Made by a program: the position numbers and the translations under genes
In this document: positions 62,501-64,000 of the stretch, in pieces
How the letters are laid out: every line of letters starts with the position of its first letter
How positions within the stretch are numbered: the first letter of the stretch is position 1
The notes under the pieces: generated by a model
The model's database searches: none
What the model was told of the DNA's origin: nothing
Seen by the model: only the letters and a program-made list of their open reading frames with translations
Assembly (NCBI GenBank): GCA_002269645.1
Contig: NIVC01000130.1
Location: 310,001 to 374,000 of the forward strand
Direction of reading: 5' to 3'
Length of the DNA: 64,000 nt
DNA from: Macrostomum lignano
Lineage: Eukaryota

Positions 62501-64000
62501 ATTGGATAGACAGGTGATGGAGACATTGGATAGATAGAGACATTGGATAGACAGGTGATAGAGACATTGGATAGACAGGTGATAGAGACACTGGATAGAC
62601 AGGTGTTAGAGACACTGGATAGACAGGTGATAGAGACACTGGATAGACAGGTGTTAGAGACACTGGATAGACAGGTGATAGAGACATTGGATAGACAGGT
62701 GATAGAGACATTGGATAGACAGGTGATAGAAACATTGGATAGACAGGTGATAGAGACACTGGATAGACAGGTAATAGAGACACTGGATAGACAGGTGATA
62801 GAGACATTGGATAGACAGGTGATAGAGACATTGGATAGACAGGTGATGGAGACATTGGATAGATAGAGACATTGGATAGACAGGTGATGGAGACATTGGA
62901 TAGATAGAGACATTGGATAGACAGGTGATAGAGACATTGGATAGATAGGTGATAGAGACATTGGATAGACAGGTGATAGAGACATTGGATAGACAGGTGA
63001 TAGAGACATTGGATAGACAGGTGATAGAGACATTGGATAGACAGGTGATAGAGACACTGGATAGACAGGTGATAGAGACATTGGATAGACAGGTGATAGA
63101 GACATTGGATAGACAGGTGATAGAGACACTGGATAGACAGGTGATAGAGACATTGGATAGACAGGTGATAGAGACACTGGATAGACAAGTGATAGAAACA
63201 CTGGATAGACAGGTGATAGAGACATTGGATAGACAGGTGATAGAGACACTGGATAGACAGGTGATAGAAACACTGGATAGACAGGTGATAGAGACATTGG
63301 ATAAATAGAGACACTGGATAGACAGGTGATAGAGACATTGGATAAATAGAGACACTGGATAGACAGGTGATAGAGACATTGGATAAATAGAGACACTGGA
63401 TAGACAGGTGATAGAGACATTGGATAAATAGAGGCACTGGATAGACAGGTGATAGAGACATTGGATAAATAGAGACACTGGATAGACAGGTGATAGAGAC
63501 ATTGGATAAATAGAGACACTGGATAGACAGGTGATAGAGACATTGGATAAATAGAGACACTGGATAGACAGGTGATAGAGACATTGGATAAATAGAGACA
63601 CTGGATAAACAGGTGATAGAGACATTGGATAAATAGAGACACTGGATAGACAGGTGATAAAGACATTGGATAGACAGGTGATAGAGACATTGGATAGACA
63701 GGTGATAGAGACATTGGATAGACAGGTGATAGAGACATTGGATAGACAGGTGATAGAGACATTGGATAAATAGAGACACTGGATAGACAGGTGATAAAGA
63801 CATTGGATAGACAGGTGATAGAGACATTGGATAGATAGAGACACTGGATAAACAGGAGATGTGCAAGTGGCACCAAAGAGCCGCATGCGGCGCAACTCAC
63901 GTTGAAACCGAGCCTCTCCCAGTCGCTCGTCAGTCGAGCTACTCGATTTCAACAGCAGCAGCTCCGGCCGTGACGCAATCAGCTTCCGACTCCCCTCTGT
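53513..64000 (-). CDS. Unknown multi-exon protein, 5' end outside the window
   Basis: Exons 64000-63901 (phase 1, GTGAGT), 59325-59226 (1 to 2, GTGAGA), 56354-56117 (2 to 0, GTGAGC) and 53662-53513 (stop) join in frame; no domain recognised; additional exons possible. Confidence 0.65.
53700..55895. repeat. 21/19-bp minisatellite, ~2.2 kb, intronic
   Basis: Unit ACACAATCTTTGATAGAAGAG; 496-bp higher-order duplication. Confidence 0.98.
56535..56765. repeat. 33-bp tandem repeat containing the TGACGTCA (CRE) palindrome
   Basis: Unit TAGATGACGTCATTCTTAAGATGACAAAATTTC; 4 perfect and ~3 variant CRE sites. Confidence 0.85.
57417..57454 (-). ncRNA. Minimal type I hammerhead ribozyme motif
   Basis: Minus strand TGCC-CTGACGA-A-GAGTAA(TC)TTATTC-GAAA-TATC-GGCA. 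Confidence 0.8.
57455..57972. repeat. (GAGAGG)n-type purine tract
   Basis: Directly visible. Confidence 0.9.
58720..58756 (+). ncRNA. Minimal type I hammerhead ribozyme motif
   Basis: TGCC-CTGACGA-A-GAAT(TTCGT)ATTC-GAAA-TATC-GGCA. Confidence 0.8.
58825..59190. repeat. CT-rich pyrimidine tract (also 58572-58720)
   Basis: Recurring CTCTCCCTCTACTTCT. Confidence 0.9.
59490..59938. repeat. 15-bp purine-rich minisatellite
   Basis: Unit GAGAGTGGCAGAGGG. Confidence 0.93.
59935..60238. repeat. 17-bp perfect minisatellite
   Basis: Unit GCAGAGTGATCAGGTAG. Confidence 0.97.
60293..60793 (+). CDS. Possible small nested antisense gene (speculative 2 exons)
   Basis: Strong acceptor CCTTTTATTTAG, then exon 60648-60793 (PEAIQRYVNKDLFNRDKNFAKNIFKKIWSQQKRIESTLLANFFEKYR*); upstream MSLLNNEDY... 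has only a weak donor. Confidence 0.25.
60805..61677. repeat. 24-bp G-rich minisatellite (G-quadruplex-prone)
   Basis: Unit GGGTAGGTAGGGGACAGGGGGATT. Confidence 0.97.
61678..63852. repeat. 24-bp minisatellite with 17-bp variants, ~2.2 kb
   Basis: Unit GGATAGACAGGTGATAGAGACATT. Confidence 0.97.

Noticed and set aside
60640-63952. 1086-aa and other long ORFs
   Set aside because: Translations of the 24-bp satellites; only 63901-64000 looks like a real exon

Overview
Eukaryotic (animal) genomic DNA with spliced genes and very dense tandem repeats. The style (GT-AG introns filled with minisatellites, RTE-like and Penelope-like retroelements) suggests a flatworm such as Macrostomum; this is inference. 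Nearly all long ORFs in the track are stop-free translations of tandem repeats. I hand-built six phase-consistent gene models: a secreted 4xWSC-domain protein (+), an IAP-like BIR+UBA protein (-), a divergent type II pantothenate kinase-fold protein (-), a Cys-rich single-pass membrane protein (+, 5' end missing), a calmodulin-like protein (-), and an unknown multi-exon gene running off the right edge (-). Mobile DNA comprises a decayed Penelope-like element with a 3' hammerhead motif, an RTE-like LINE fragment, a foldback element with a 9-bp TSD, tRNA-derived SINE-like heads and decayed retroelement ORFs. Three observations stand out. (1) A 265-bp MITE (TIRs, 8-bp TSD, empty site nearby) carries a ~71-nt piece of 28S rRNA whose R2/I-PpoI target core is scrambled. 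(2) An inverted pair of minimal hammerhead ribozymes with compensatory stems lies in an intron. (3) The PanK-fold protein keeps the ATP/catalytic motifs but appears to lack the pantothenate-binding residues. There is no CRISPR array and no intact rRNA or tRNA gene. All models come from manual reading without database searches.
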